DNA from: Lama guanicoe
Lineage: Eukaryota
DNA: 64,000 nucleotides
Assembly (NCBI GenBank): GCA_013239625.1
Contig: MU054187.1
Location: forward strand, 7,079,757-7,143,756
Reading direction: 5' to 3'
Positions 25,753 through 38,985 of the stretch are shown here, in pieces (position 1 is the stretch's first letter; the number at the start of each line of letters is the position of its first letter). The notes under the pieces were generated by a model. It was not told where the DNA came from and did no database searches. It was given only the letters and a program-made list of their open reading frames with translations. The translations under genes were made by a program, and so were the position numbers.

Positions 25753-26545
25753 TGAGAAGGATAAAATAATTTAAGCTGCTCCCTCTGGTATCATGTGCTG
25801 TTGCTGCTCTGCCTTCATTCCTGAACTCTGTTGAGAGATGATTATCTGTGGGAAAGACTCAATGAATGCTTAAAATGGAAGCAAAGCATCCTGACTGTAA
25901 GCATGAGATGCGTAGTGCAGCTCGCACTGTACCTGAAATCAAGTTTCACGAGGAGACTTAAAATGGGATGTGGATAGAGCAGGGGGACCAGTTGTGGTCT
26001 TGATGTCAGATGAGATATAAATGTGCATTAACTGTCATTTTAATGATGTATTCCATTAACCCTAAAAAACAACCCTACCTAGCCAGAACTGCTTAATAAC
26101 TGATGGCAATGATATAATTTAATTTTAATTGACTTAGGACATTACAAATGCATGTGCTGAAGGTGATTTAGTGCTCCCCACTGATGTATTAGGTACTGTA
26201 TATCACTAAACATTTTAACATTTTGTTAAGATAAATTTAAAACATAAACCCATACTCTGAACTGTGACAGACGTGGTCAGCACAGCCTCCATTGTGGGAA
26301 AATTGAATAAGGCATATGCTGTGCTCCACAACTGACTGAGAGTTATTTCCAGTTATTAGTTTTGTTTGCCATAAAAAGAGGGAGCTATTTTAGGCCACAT
26401 GTATAAAAACGTTGTGAGAAATACCACGCATGCGTAAGTAATTGTAATTAGGAGTAACACACTCTAAAATGCTCATGAAGCCTGAAAAAAATAAAATGTT
26501 CAGTAGAATTAGTGAATATTTTCTTGCAAAGCAATGACTGCCTCA

Positions 26546-28415
26546 GCACCCAAAGTAATAAAATACCTAGGAATAAATCTAACCAAGGAGGTGAAAGAAT
26601 TATACACAGAAAACTATAAACCATTGATGAAGGAAAATAAAGAAGACTTTAAAAAATGGAAAGATATCCCATGCTCTTGGATTGGAAGAATCAGTATTGT
26701 TAAAATGGTCACATGGCCCAAGGCAATCTACAAATTTAATGCAATCCCTATCCAATTACCCAGGACATATTTCATAGAACTAGAACAAATCATAATAAAA
26801 TTTATATGGAACCATCAAAGACCTACAATTGCCAAAGCATTACTGAAGAGAAAGAAAGAGGCTGGAGGAATAACTCTCCCAGACTTCAGACAATACTATA
26901 GAGCTACAGTCATCCAGACAGCATGGTATTGGTACAAAAACAGACATATAGACCAATGGAACAGAATAGAGAGCCCAGAAATGAACCCACAAACTTTTGG
27001 GCAACTAATCTTCAACAAAGGAGGCAAGAATATACAGTGGAATAAAGACAAGTCTCTTCAGCAAATGGTGTTGGGAAAACTGGACAGCAACATGTAAAGC
27101 AATGAAGCTAGAACACTCCCTTACACCATACACAAAAATAAACTCAAAATGGATCAAAGACTTAAACATAAGGCAAGATACAATAAACCTCTTAGAAGAA
27201 AATATAGGCAAAACATTATCTGACATACATCTCAAAAATGTTCTCCTAGAACAGTCTACTCAAGCAATAGAAATAAAAGCAAGAATAAACAAATGGGACC
27301 TAGTGAAACTTACAAGCTTCTGCACAGCAAAGGAAACCATAAGTAAAACAAATAGACAACCTACAGAATGGGAGAAAATTTTTGCAAATGAAACCGACAA
27401 AGGCTTGATCTCCAGAATATATAAGCAGCTCATACAACTTAATAAGAAACAACCAAACAATGCAATCCAAAAATGGGCAAAAGACCTAAACAAGTAATTC
27501 TCCAAGGAAGACATACAAATGATCAATAGGCACATGAAAAAATGCTCAATATCACTAATTATCAGAGAAATGCAAATCAAAACTACAATGAGGTATCACC
27601 TCACACCAGTCAGAATGGCCATCATTCAAAAATCCACAAATGACAAATGCTGGAGAGGCTGTGGAGAAAGGGGAACCCTCCTACATTGCTGGTGGGAATG
27701 CAGTTTGGTGCAGCCACTGTGGAAAACAGTATGGAGATTCCTTAAAAGACTAGGAAGAGACTTACCGTATGACCCAGGAATCCCACTCCTGGGCATATAT
27801 CCAGAAGGAACCCTACTTCAGGGTGACACCTGCACCCCAATGTTCATAGAAGCACTATTTACAATAGCCAAGACATGGAGACAGCCTAAATGTCTATCAA
27901 CGGATGACTGGATAAAGGTGGTATATTTATACAATGGAATACTACTCAGCCATAAAAACTGACAACATAATGCCATTTGCAGCAACATGGATGCTCCTGG
28001 AGAAGGTCATTCTAAGTGAAGTAAGCCAGAAACAGAAAGAAAAATACCATATGAGATCACTCATACGTGGAATCTAAAAAAAAAAAGCATAAATACAAAA
28101 CAGAAACAGACTCACAGACATAGAATACAAACTTGTGGTTGCCAAGGGGGTGGGAAGGGATAGACGGGATTTCAAAATTGTAGAATTGTTAAACAAGATT
28201 ATACTGTATAGCACAGGGAAATATACACAAGATCTTATGGTAGCTCACGGAGAAAAAAATGTGACAATGAATATATATATGTTCATGTATAACTGAAAAA
28301 TTGTGCTCTACGCTGGAATTTGACACAACATTGTAAAATCAATATAAATCAATTAAATCAATAAAAATGTTTGTAAATCAACATTAAATCAATAAAAAAT
28401 GTTAAAAAAAAAAAA
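26546..28415 (+). mobile_element. Young 5'-truncated L1: ORF2 C-terminal part (disrupted), 3' UTR and poly(A)
   Basis: ORF2 motifs [56 protein letters not shown]; frameshift near 27050, stop at 27495-27497, deletion near 27917; perfect TSD caatgactgcctca at 26532-26545 and 28416-28429. Confidence 0.97.
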
Positions 28416-29304
28416 CAATGACTGCCTCACTAGGAGGAAAAATGGAGACTTAAAAATATGCCATCTTTCCATTTTGGTTTAATCCAATCACGCCATCAAA
28501 ATGAAAAAGGTTGTACATTTTTCTGTAAATGCATCAATTCTCTTTTTGAATCTCAAAATTGGCTTTTCGGTGTCTTTCATCATATCACACTGAAGTGAAG
28601 GTAACCGGCCCACAGCCCACGACTGAACTCAGACTTACTGCCCCAGGCACAGGAGGGCGTTTGTGTCACTCGGCTGGTTGCAGGGCTGAACAGCTCGTGC
28701 TGCACTTTCTCTGAAAGCAGCCCCTGCTGAGCCACTGTGCGTCCAGGAGAAGGGGGTTTCACAGCAGCGGGCTTGCAGCGTAAGAGACTTTAATGTGCAT
28801 AATAGCAAACTATTACCGGGTTTTATGTTCCCGTTTGTTGCTATGAACACAGAGCACTTTTACTTCCTGCAGCCTTTTATTTTATGATGTTGCTGTTGTA
28901 CTGAAACACAAAATGCCGGAAGGCTAGGACACCGATGGCGTCCACGGGATGATGCTGTTGGGACGTATTCAGTCCTGATGCTTCTTCCCTCTGCTTGTTA
29001 GCTCTGGACCCTCTTCACTCATCTCCTGCCCTCTGCAGTCTCCTTCCTGTGCACAGACTGCTGGCTTGCTTTCAGCTTCCTCCCGTCCAGCATGTCCTTC
29101 GTACATTTTCTAAATCACTGGCTTAAAACCTTCACTAACTCTTAGCAGGATGAAAATCTAAGAATATTCTTGGCTGACCCCCTGACCAAACTTGAGTCTC
29201 TACAGTCCCTCCTTCCTGCTTTCCTTCCTTCCTTTCTACTCCTCTTCCTTTCTCCCTTCTTCCCTTATTTCTTTTTTTCTCCACTTCCTTTCTTCCATTT
29301 TTTA

Positions 29305-29640
29305 AACTTATTCATTCAAACCCTATTTATTGGGTTTCTACTCTGTACCTGGCATTGTGTTCCACGTGGGGCACACTGCTGAGCAAATACAGACACGTTA
29401 TTTCCTGCCCTTCTCAGTCCTTGCCTTACAGTCTGGTGAGGACAAGCATGTTTTATCATATAATCATCCGCACAGACGTTACACTGTACCTGTAGCAAGT
29501 GTCAAAAAAGAGCACATTGTGCCACGAGATGTGTAACCTGACCCTGCAGGAGTGACTGGGGGGCTGAGACCTGCAGCATGAGTGTGAGCTCCCCAGGGTA
29601 CAGGGGACCGAAGGGGGTTCCAGGCAGGAAGCACGGCAGG
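29305..29640 (-). mobile_element. L2 LINE 3' fragment, preceded by a pyrimidine-rich tract (about 29205-29300)
   Basis: 'ttcattcaaaccctatttattgggtttctactctgtacctggcattgtg...cttacagtctggtg'. Confidence 0.6.
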
Positions 29641-30434
29641 CCCCCAGTGGGATGTCAGTAGTTGGCATTCCCTCGCTGAGCACTCACTGAGGACCTGCTC
29701 TTCTGTGCCAGGGCTGGATAAACAGCAAAGAAGGTATATTGCCTGCTTTCCGGGAACTCACCGTGTAAGGAGTGAGGAGGTGCAGGTTGCTGGGCTCTCC
29801 GGAGGTGATGAAACGACAGGGAAAGAGGTTTGTGAAGAAGGTTTGTGTACTTCAGCATCAAGGACCCTCCTCTCCACCTGCTTCTCCAGTCTGTGGCTCT
29901 CGCAGCCTCAGCTGGCGTTGTCCCCTCCTCTAGCTACGTGCCCTCAGTCCCTCATACTCACCCCCTTCCATGCCCTTTAGCAGTTAATCACTGCCTGCCC
30001 CTTTGCCTCTGTGTCCTGGACATGCTTTATAATTTGTTCACATTTATGTCTCCCCTACTAGACAAAGTGTTCTTTGAGCGCATGGAATGTAATAGGTCCT
30101 CAATAAATACTTACTCATTGTCTTTCTTGTCTAGTTCCCTGCCGGTCCCTGGACTGCTTATGATAGGACCAGTGTCATTCTTTCTCTGGTATCTTTTCCT
30201 CACATCCTCCTCTCCCCTCTCCCTCCTGTGTATCGAGGGAGGCAGATTTAGGTCTTTCAGAATCTTCAAAGAAAGATGTCTACAAGACAAACAATCCACA
30301 TGTTTGCTCATCTTGACTCTCTTGATGCATATACCAACCAAATCGCCATCATTTTATTTGCTATCTCATTCAAGACCGTCTCCCAGGTAAGGGAGAGAAG
30401 GGAAGCAATGAATTGTCCATGCCAAACACATCCT

Positions 30435-30580
30435 TTTGTTTAATCTTCACAAATGTCCTATGGGTGTGTGTTAGCATCTCTCATTTTACAGACAAGGCAA
30501 GAGTTAAGGAGAGGTTAAGTGACTTGCCCAGGGAACCTAGACAGTAAGTGGCAGAAGTGGATGATACTGTTAGGTTTGTG
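30435..30580 (-). mobile_element. MIR SINE
   Basis: 'cattttacagacaagg...gagaggttaagtgacttgcccaggg...agtaagtggcaga'. Confidence 0.7.
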
Positions 30581-31199
30581 GAGTTACTTTATCACCAGCT
30601 CGGCTTTGCTTCCACCATCAGATTCCCGATGATGTGGTTCCTTTGTCTGTATAAATTATGATATCGGAACTTTTGGTATTGCTGTTGGATATTATCTTTA
30701 TCACACCACAAATGGCCCATCCCTGAGTTGTTTTCATGAATGTTTTGGTTTGAAGCCACAGTTGATGGCCTGGAATTAATTCTGATATGAAAATGCCTGG
30801 AAACGAGTATGGCGTGGATGACATTAATCAAGGGATACCTCCAAGGCAGCAGCTTTTCTATGGCAGTGAGAGGAGACCGGGGTCAGAAATCCATACTGAC
30901 TTTTCACTGAGCAGGAAGAGGGCTTTTTGGTTGCAGATTTTTCTCCCCAACTGGCCTGGTTGGTGTTCTTATTCTTGGCTTCCATTATTGACTGAAAGTC
31001 ACCAATAACGCCAATTAAATATAATCCATTTCAAGCTAACAGATATTTTGGAGCATCAAAACACAGATGGTAAGTTACCACCAATTCTTAGGACAAACAG
31101 GGTTTAACACAGCTGACTTTGAAGAACCAATCACCCTTATGAGAACGGTTCAGGTAGAGGACCACACAGAACAAGCTCTCCAACGTCCATCTCCTCAGA

Positions 31200-31690
31200 G
31201 TGGAAATCAAAGCTTACAGAACCTGCTCCTGTACTTACCTCTCCCACCTGCACCTCCCGCCCTCCCCACCTGCCTGCCTCACGCCAGCCAGCCATGCTGA
31301 GTGATTTGTGTTTTCCAAAGACCACATGCTGCTTCTTGCCGCCTTGGTTTGCACACACTGCACCTTCTACCAGCAACACCCTATTCTCCTTACCCGCTTG
31401 GAAAACCCTTAATAATTCTTCAACTGAATCGGTCACCTTTCAGAGCCTTCCCTGACCAGCCTGCTCCGGGAGCAGTGCCTCTTCCTCTCTGCTCCCTTGG
31501 TTCTTGGAGACTCCATCCTGCCTCTCCCCACAGCTGCCATCGTGGCCTCCAGTCCCACCTGGCTTCACTCAACAGTGTCCTCCTGGAAGGCAGACGCTGC
31601 CCAGCCAGGGCTGGATTCTAAGTTATCCTGTTATGCATGGGCCTTTAAAGGTGCTTAATACTTGATTGAACAAATAATAAATGAATTAAA
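31200..31690 (+). mobile_element. L2 LINE 3' fragment
   Basis: 'tttgcacacactg...agccttccctgacc...ctcctggaaggcag...gtgcttaata...aaatgaat'. Confidence 0.5.
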
Positions 31691-33884
31691 GGTTCGTAGA
31701 TGAAACTATCTTACAGAATGGACTGGACAGTGATTTCTTATCTCAGAACTTGTCAACAACAGTTCAGCAAAGTAAACTGGCCTTCCAGCCTTGTTTATCT
31801 CCATCTGAACTCTGGGATTTACAGGATGAAATGCATCGTGGATTTTAGTACACCTGCTCTGCCTACACCTACCCTTAGCTGACTTACTCCTCAACTGATT
31901 TTTTTTTCTAATAAACATAACGTTGTGAGCTCCTGCCTCTGTAATTTAGGAGGACCCATTGCAAAGACTATTAGAAAAATTCACCCAAATCACAAAATGA
32001 AAGAGCAATAATTCCCCTTTGGACACTGTCTCAGCTGATAAGGTACAGATTTGCTATTTCTACATTTATTTTTAGAACACAAAAACAACCTTGTTATATG
32101 GTACTCTTTCACTGTTTAAATTTACTTTAACTAAGATACAAGGCGGGATACATTCATTAGGGAACACCAAGTTTAATCATAGCTTTTGAATGCACTTTTT
32201 GTGTTTCTTTGGCTGTAGACAAAATGAAGCAGAGTGTGGGCTGGAAATCATATTGAACAGTCATAAAGTACTGCTCTGGAATCAGCTGGTTACTCCCATA
32301 TATTTTACTCCTATGTCAAATATTTTAAAATCTTACTTATGAAGTCCAGAGTAAGATTCTGTCCTAGAATTATTTAAATATTTATTATTTCATGGGTAGT
32401 AAGTTAATTTAATCAAGCAGTTTTACATTAATTTAAATGCAGAAGCATTAGCTAACTTGACATTTTTTGGAGTAAAGACTAACTTTGAAATAAAAATTAA
32501 CTCAAAACCTCCTTTAAAAAATTTTTTAAAGCCAAGTAAGTATATGCTAAGTGCACAGGTTAGTTATTTGGACTTTCATACGAATGTTCACATGCAAAGA
32601 GCAGCAACTTGCTTTCCTTGGAATTGTTTCACAGGAACGTTTTCCGCTGTGTCATCATACGTCTCCCCCCTGAGCCACTGCGCAGCGTGGCTATTAAGAG
32701 TGTCAGGCTTCCATTCAGTGGTCCCAGATTTAAATCCCCCTGGATGTGAATACAAAACTCCAGAAAATATTAGAACCATGAGTGAGCGAGGAGTCTACCC
32801 TTTTTTATGTCTAACATATTGTGCATAATATTGTATCTGATTGATTGATTGTATGTGAATGAATGAATGATTGAATGGCCTTCCTGGCAACTGAAAAACA
32901 GACAAGCTCAGAAAGTAAAAATAATTCATGTCATGGACTAATTGCTGAATGAGAAAGAAATAGACTGTAAGAGTTCTAAAGTTCATTTCAATTAAAAACT
33001 GCTCAAATAGCCTCACAAAGCTGTGAACTGTTCAGGAAGCCACATAGAACACACAAATGTTTGCTCATCTTTATAGCCATTGTCTCAGTAAATTAGGATT
33101 TAAAATGTGTGTACTGAACATAAGCAAAGTAGGATAGATAAATAGATTGATAGCTTATAGACGGATAGATGAGAGGTAAATAGATGGATAGATAACTATA
33201 CAGAGTGATTTTTTTATTTTGCATTGGGAGGGTAAGTCTTCTATACTGCGAGTAAGTCTATGTGGTTAACTGAGCTTGTGGGAGTGCTCTATGATGACCA
33301 AAAGGAATTTCTTAAAAATGAAGTGTTATCTCCTTTTCTTTATAGTCTGGTTTCAGTTGAACTATAAATTAACTCACATCAAAAAGAAGGCAGGGAGGAG
33401 AGCCCATCTCATAACGTATGCTGTTCTAATACTTTCTGTCTAGGTAAATTCCTATGGATGTGTTATTTGTGTTGCTAGAAATCCTTTCCTTTTATCTCTA
33501 TGCAGAGACTTGAGTCTCAGGTACACACTGAGGTGTATAGTTTACATCTCATAACAATCCAAATTTCAGTGATATTTGCTATTTGCTATATTCTTTGTTC
33601 TCAATGAACCAATGTGTTAGAATAAAGAAACTTACAATATTGCTTTAAAACCATGACATTTATAGAATGCATGACACATTAATAGCAAATACAAAAGACT
33701 TCATCATTCCAAAAGCATTGCCAGTTATAGAATACATATGAGTGAAATAAATTTTGAGTCAACTGGTAATTTGGTGAATTGGTCATTTGATAAGTTGGAA
33801 AATTTGGTGAAGTGTCATGTTGCAAATTAATCGTAGTCCTTTTCCTAAGATCTTTGAACGTGAAGCCCATCATGTGACTCCAAG

Positions 33885-34065
33885 GACCCCAGCTCTGGAG
33901 TCAAACTGTCAGAGTTCCTGTCCCAGCTCTGACACTAACTGGGTGATCAAGTGACTAACTCTCTACCTCGGCTTTAGCGTGATGATTGAGGGACTTGATC
34001 CTTGTAAAGTGCTTAACACAGGACCTGGAGTGTGGAAAGCCGCAGAGTAGTGACTCGTGTTATTG
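33885..34065 (+). mobile_element. MIR SINE
   Basis: 'gctctggagtcaaactg...tcccagctctgacact...tgtaaagtgcttaacaca'. Confidence 0.6.
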
Positions 34066-36010
34066 TTAGGAATCTAGGAGCTGATGGTTGGAGTCTACTC
34101 AGCCTGACAATTTTATCTTTGAATGTTCGGAAGTAACATCAAGGGTACAATGGGAGGGATCAGAATACAGTCCAATCGCTAAGTTTGTGCTTTTATTTTG
34201 AAGGGATACATTTTATTACGTATTTTTATGACTATGAGTTGATTTATATTTCTAAAAGAATACTTACAGGTTTAGGTTCGCGGTCTTAATAATTAATAAT
34301 CATGTGGTTTTGCAGTTAATTCAGTTCATTTCCTTCTTTGAGTCTTGCTTTACTTGATGTCCTTTCCTTAACCTTTACCACTGGCTTTTTTCTCATGACT
34401 TAGCGGTCTGCACTGCTGCCTCATTCACATATCCCCATAATTAGATTTATTTAGAATGAAAAATATCAGATACCGGGTGCCGTCTTATTAGCAACATCTT
34501 TAAAATTTGTTGTGGTTATTGTGACTTTATCTGTTTGCAAAAAGTATACGTTGAGGATGTAGGTTAGCTATTTTCAAAGTTCATGGGAACATTTTGTGGT
34601 TCAGAAAAATACATTTCAATGCATTTGGCCCATTGTTAAGAAAATGTCCAGGTCCATTCACACTAGAAGACTTTGCTAACAGGATGTATCAGCAGGTCAA
34701 CAATATCCCCAAATAGCAAAAGCCTCAGTATGTATTTTAACTTACATTAACTTTTCAACGTATTTTCCAACTCCTCTAAATCTCCAGTCATTTCAGAGCC
34801 TTAACTCATTATTACAAGTGTATTATTCCTTTTTTAAAAATCATAAATGACAAAGATCCAAAATGTAAATTGAATTTCAGAAAAAGTTAAAGAGCTTCTG
34901 ATAAGGTTTCTAATAAGAACATGGCTGTTTTATACAGTGTTTGAAATCCGTAAGTCTATTATTTGGCACAGCATAGAATAAGCTAATAAATTATTTCAGT
35001 ATTTATCTTAATTTAGCAATAGCTAGTATGTTATTTCAACATTTATCTTAGTTAACAACAGAAAACAATAATGTAATTAGTATGCCTATTTAAGAAGTTA
35101 AGAATTCATAGATTTTTGTAGTAAAAGAAAGTGGATGAGCAAACCATTGTATGTGATCTGTTCATTGGGTTGCCATGGAAAATTCCACCCCTAGTCATCC
35201 AAGCTGTTCTGTATGTCAGTTTCCAGACCTCCGTGCCTTTGTCTGCAGAAGAAAGTGACGGGATGAACTGAGCCCTGAGACCCTCTCCATTGATGAGTTT
35301 TGATCTAAGGCTATCTTAATTCAGTCTGACTATACTCTTGAGGAAGGCATTTGCTAATACATAATACATTAATAAAACCAATTCATCAGTACGGCTAGCC
35401 TGTGGAGAGTGTGTTGGATGTGATTGGAAAGTATTTTCCCATTATGGGAATCTGTTGTTTACATGCTCATCCTTAATCCTCTTTATTAATTTCTATGCTT
35501 TTGAAAAAATATTTTACGTGCTCATATTATATTCTGTAATAATATTAGAGGCACACACTTCATTCTTAATAAATTAGTTTAACAGTTGAAAGTTTATTAA
35601 TGTTACTCCACACATCCATTTTCAAACATGATCCTCATTCAGTGATATGGAAGTGAAGAGTTTTGACTAACATTCCTAAAAACTTGATAGTTTGATATTA
35701 TAACTAAAAGATGGATAGATAGATAAATAGATAGCCCAAAGGAAATTTGCATAATGGTGTTCCTCGGAAAAGCTAGTACTCAGAAAAGCGAAATCAAATC
35801 AGCACTTGGATTTAACGTGCATCTGCAAGCCAGCAAAGCACTTTAAAAATAAATCTAGTTTTATTGGCATCTACTGAAAGCAGTAGAAACTATTGGATAT
35901 TTAATTTCTAGAGATCTTAGGGGACCTCGTAAGGAGCACTCTTTTCTGAGCGCACCCTGTTTCTTCCCAGAAGACAGACTTATTGGCAGTTTTATTACTG
36001 ATTTATTTAG

Positions 36011-36274
<264 letters not shown>

Positions 36275-38834
36275 TGATCTTGGGAGCATTTAATACAGTG
36301 GAACTCCAAAACCATGGCTTTATGATTGTTAACCTGTAGTGGAACTTAGCTTCCAGTGTGTCCTCATGTTCAGTTTAAAAAGGCCTCATGTCCCCATGAC
36401 CACAGCCCCAGATATTAAGTGAAAAATGGTTTTGAACATTCTTGTTTTTAAAGCGGGAAGAGGGATTGACTAAGATGTAAATGTAGCAATTATGAATACT
36501 GAGTTGCTATCTTTGCTTGAATAGTAACGCTGAAGAAAAAAGTTTGACAGAGAATGAAATCCTCACTGTGTGTAAGTGGAACATACGCTTTGTAACAACT
36601 AAGTACATCGGCGTGGTGATACCTGTTGTGAAATTCTGATCAGAAAACAGTTGTGTTGATGCAACATGACACAAATGTTATTTCTGTCTGTCTAGCACTC
36701 ATGTCGGCAATACACATAATTTTTATTACCACTGTCACAGAACCATCTTTTGATTACCACCCAAATGGAAGAGCATCTTGGGTTAAGTTTCTAGTTGTGT
36801 TTCTTAAATATTTTTCTCATAAACCAGCATAGTTCTCACTTGAAATCGTAGAGAAGGAACTTGACAGTATAATTACAAAAAGTATAAGAAAGCTATAATC
36901 TAATGTTCAGATTCCTTGTTATCAATTCTATGTGTGCAAACTTACTATATTGTTGTGTGATGATCTCCAATTTCTTTAAGTAACATAATGGTCTTCTGCT
37001 AGCATTTGTGGTTTAGGTCTTAGAAAAGTTGCCTTGGCCAGCACAGGGACTTTTAGAATTGTCAGGCTCTGTTGAATTCCACTTGTAACAAAGAATTTTT
37101 GATTCAGCCAAGCAGTAAAAATCCCTGAACGATTTTCTCCAGAGCCTCCGGAGGTAGTTACTGCTTGTTCTACACTATAATAACTTAATAATTAGAACTT
37201 GTCATCATTTTCTCACATTGGCAAATGTATTCAGGAACCAGAAATGACATTTCTAATACTGAGTTCCATACAAATGCACCAGTACCTCCCTTTAATATTT
37301 GTGCTATTAATCTCATTTCACCACTAATTTCTAAGACAGAAAAAAAAACTTAAATCAATGCCCAGTTGTTGTCTGTAACATGCAGATTATTAAGTAATTT
37401 TAAAATGCAAATTTTATGAATAAAATAATTGTGAATAATAAGTTAAGCATAGCATTTTTTCAACCCATAGCATTTTGTATCTTGTGATTTGAATGGTCAT
37501 TTTCAATCATATTTTTATTTCACTGGGTGGAAATTATCTTTTATTTTCCTCCCTATTAATTGATTTGGAATAAATTAGACCAGAGGAGATGTGTTTTATG
37601 GGACTGTCATCATAGTGTGTTGAAAGAAGGTTGAGTTTCAAATCAAAAGCCTTTCATTCAAATATTGTCTTTAACACTTATAAACTATGGGCCTTTAGGC
37701 AAATCATTGAACCCCAAAAGTCTCTGTGAATATAAAAACCGGACCATTTTCCAATGATGACAATAACTAGTGCTTGTTTCGTGTTTAGCATTTTTTTAAG
37801 CACATCAAATATGATAACTCAGGTAAGCTTCAAAACAATTCTGTGATAATTTTTTTTAATTCTTCAAAAATAAAATAATAATAGCAGTGATTTGTTCCAC
37901 ACAAGGCTGATTTCCCTCCGCTGCCCAAGGTGACCTTTATGTACTGCTTCTTGTAGCTGTTTTTCTGATATCAATGTACATGTCAAGGTTTTTTTTTTTT
38001 CCTCATTGCTTTAGGCTCAGGGTTAAAAAAAAATGGTATAGTAGTCCCAGTTACTCATTTTATTACCCATTCAAATGCCATTAAGCAGTCAACCAAGTGT
38101 TCTAGATCATTAAAAGTATAGATGACTCCAGAAGGAACATCCATCCTAAAGATTTTCTGTTGTTCTTTTATTTACTGTTTCAGTTGCTGGTAACATCTCC
38201 CTCTCTAGCCCCAGTTAAGCCTCAGTTCCAATCTGTAGGAAATCTGTTCTGGAAACTAGAGCAGAGTTAAGGACCCTTGATAAACCCAAGCACCTCTACC
38301 ACTTTTCCAGGTTGCCCTCCATTTCATAAAGTATTTCTTGTCCACGTGTGCTAGTTTATATACTAACTGTCTAGAGCTCTCCATCCCCTGCTTGTTCATG
38401 AAGGCATTTCTTGGAATTACCCACTTGGATAGATTAAAAGATTATCTCCATCTTGAGTTTTACCCAAAATGTCCATTCTAAAAGAGTGAATATTTCTCTA
38501 AAAACTGGATCCAGATGAATTTCCATAACATCTCTATGGCTTTGGGTGTTCCTCCAATGATGGGCATTACTTAACCATTCTTATTAACTAATAGCGCACA
38601 TTCTCCTGGCCCTGAGCAGTCATACGTCTAGCCTGCTATGGGAATTCTTGATCATAACCTTCAGATGCTGCCCACAGCTCTGCATATACATTGTTACTGT
38701 GGTCTTGAGGGTCCCTATTCTCCCCAGACCTTCCAGAACCTGAAGGAAACGGATATACAGTTTTGAGGAATGTGTGCATTATGGGCAGGTTGGGGATGAC
38801 TGTGGGTAGATAACTGACAGCATCTATACTTACA

Positions 38835-38985
38835 TAATTAACTAGAGCCTCGGTTTCCTTTTCTGCAAAATGAGGAAAACCACAGCACTGAGTTTACTGG
38901 TTTGTTGAAAGAATTAAAAAAGCTCATTCATACAAAGGACTTAGAAGGATCCTGGCGTATCGTGAGGTTTCAGTAAAAAGTGATT
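38835..38985 (+). mobile_element. MIR SINE (3' half)
   Basis: 'gagcctcggtttccttttctgcaaaatgagg...gaattaaa...acttagaa...cctggc'. Confidence 0.55.

Noticed and set aside
26534..27962. ORFs of 187, 131 and 147 aa as host genes
   Set aside because: They are consecutive pieces of a disrupted L1 ORF2
32512..32531. Perfect 20-bp palindrome ctttaaaaaattttttaaag
   Set aside because: Low-complexity A/T runs; no supporting context
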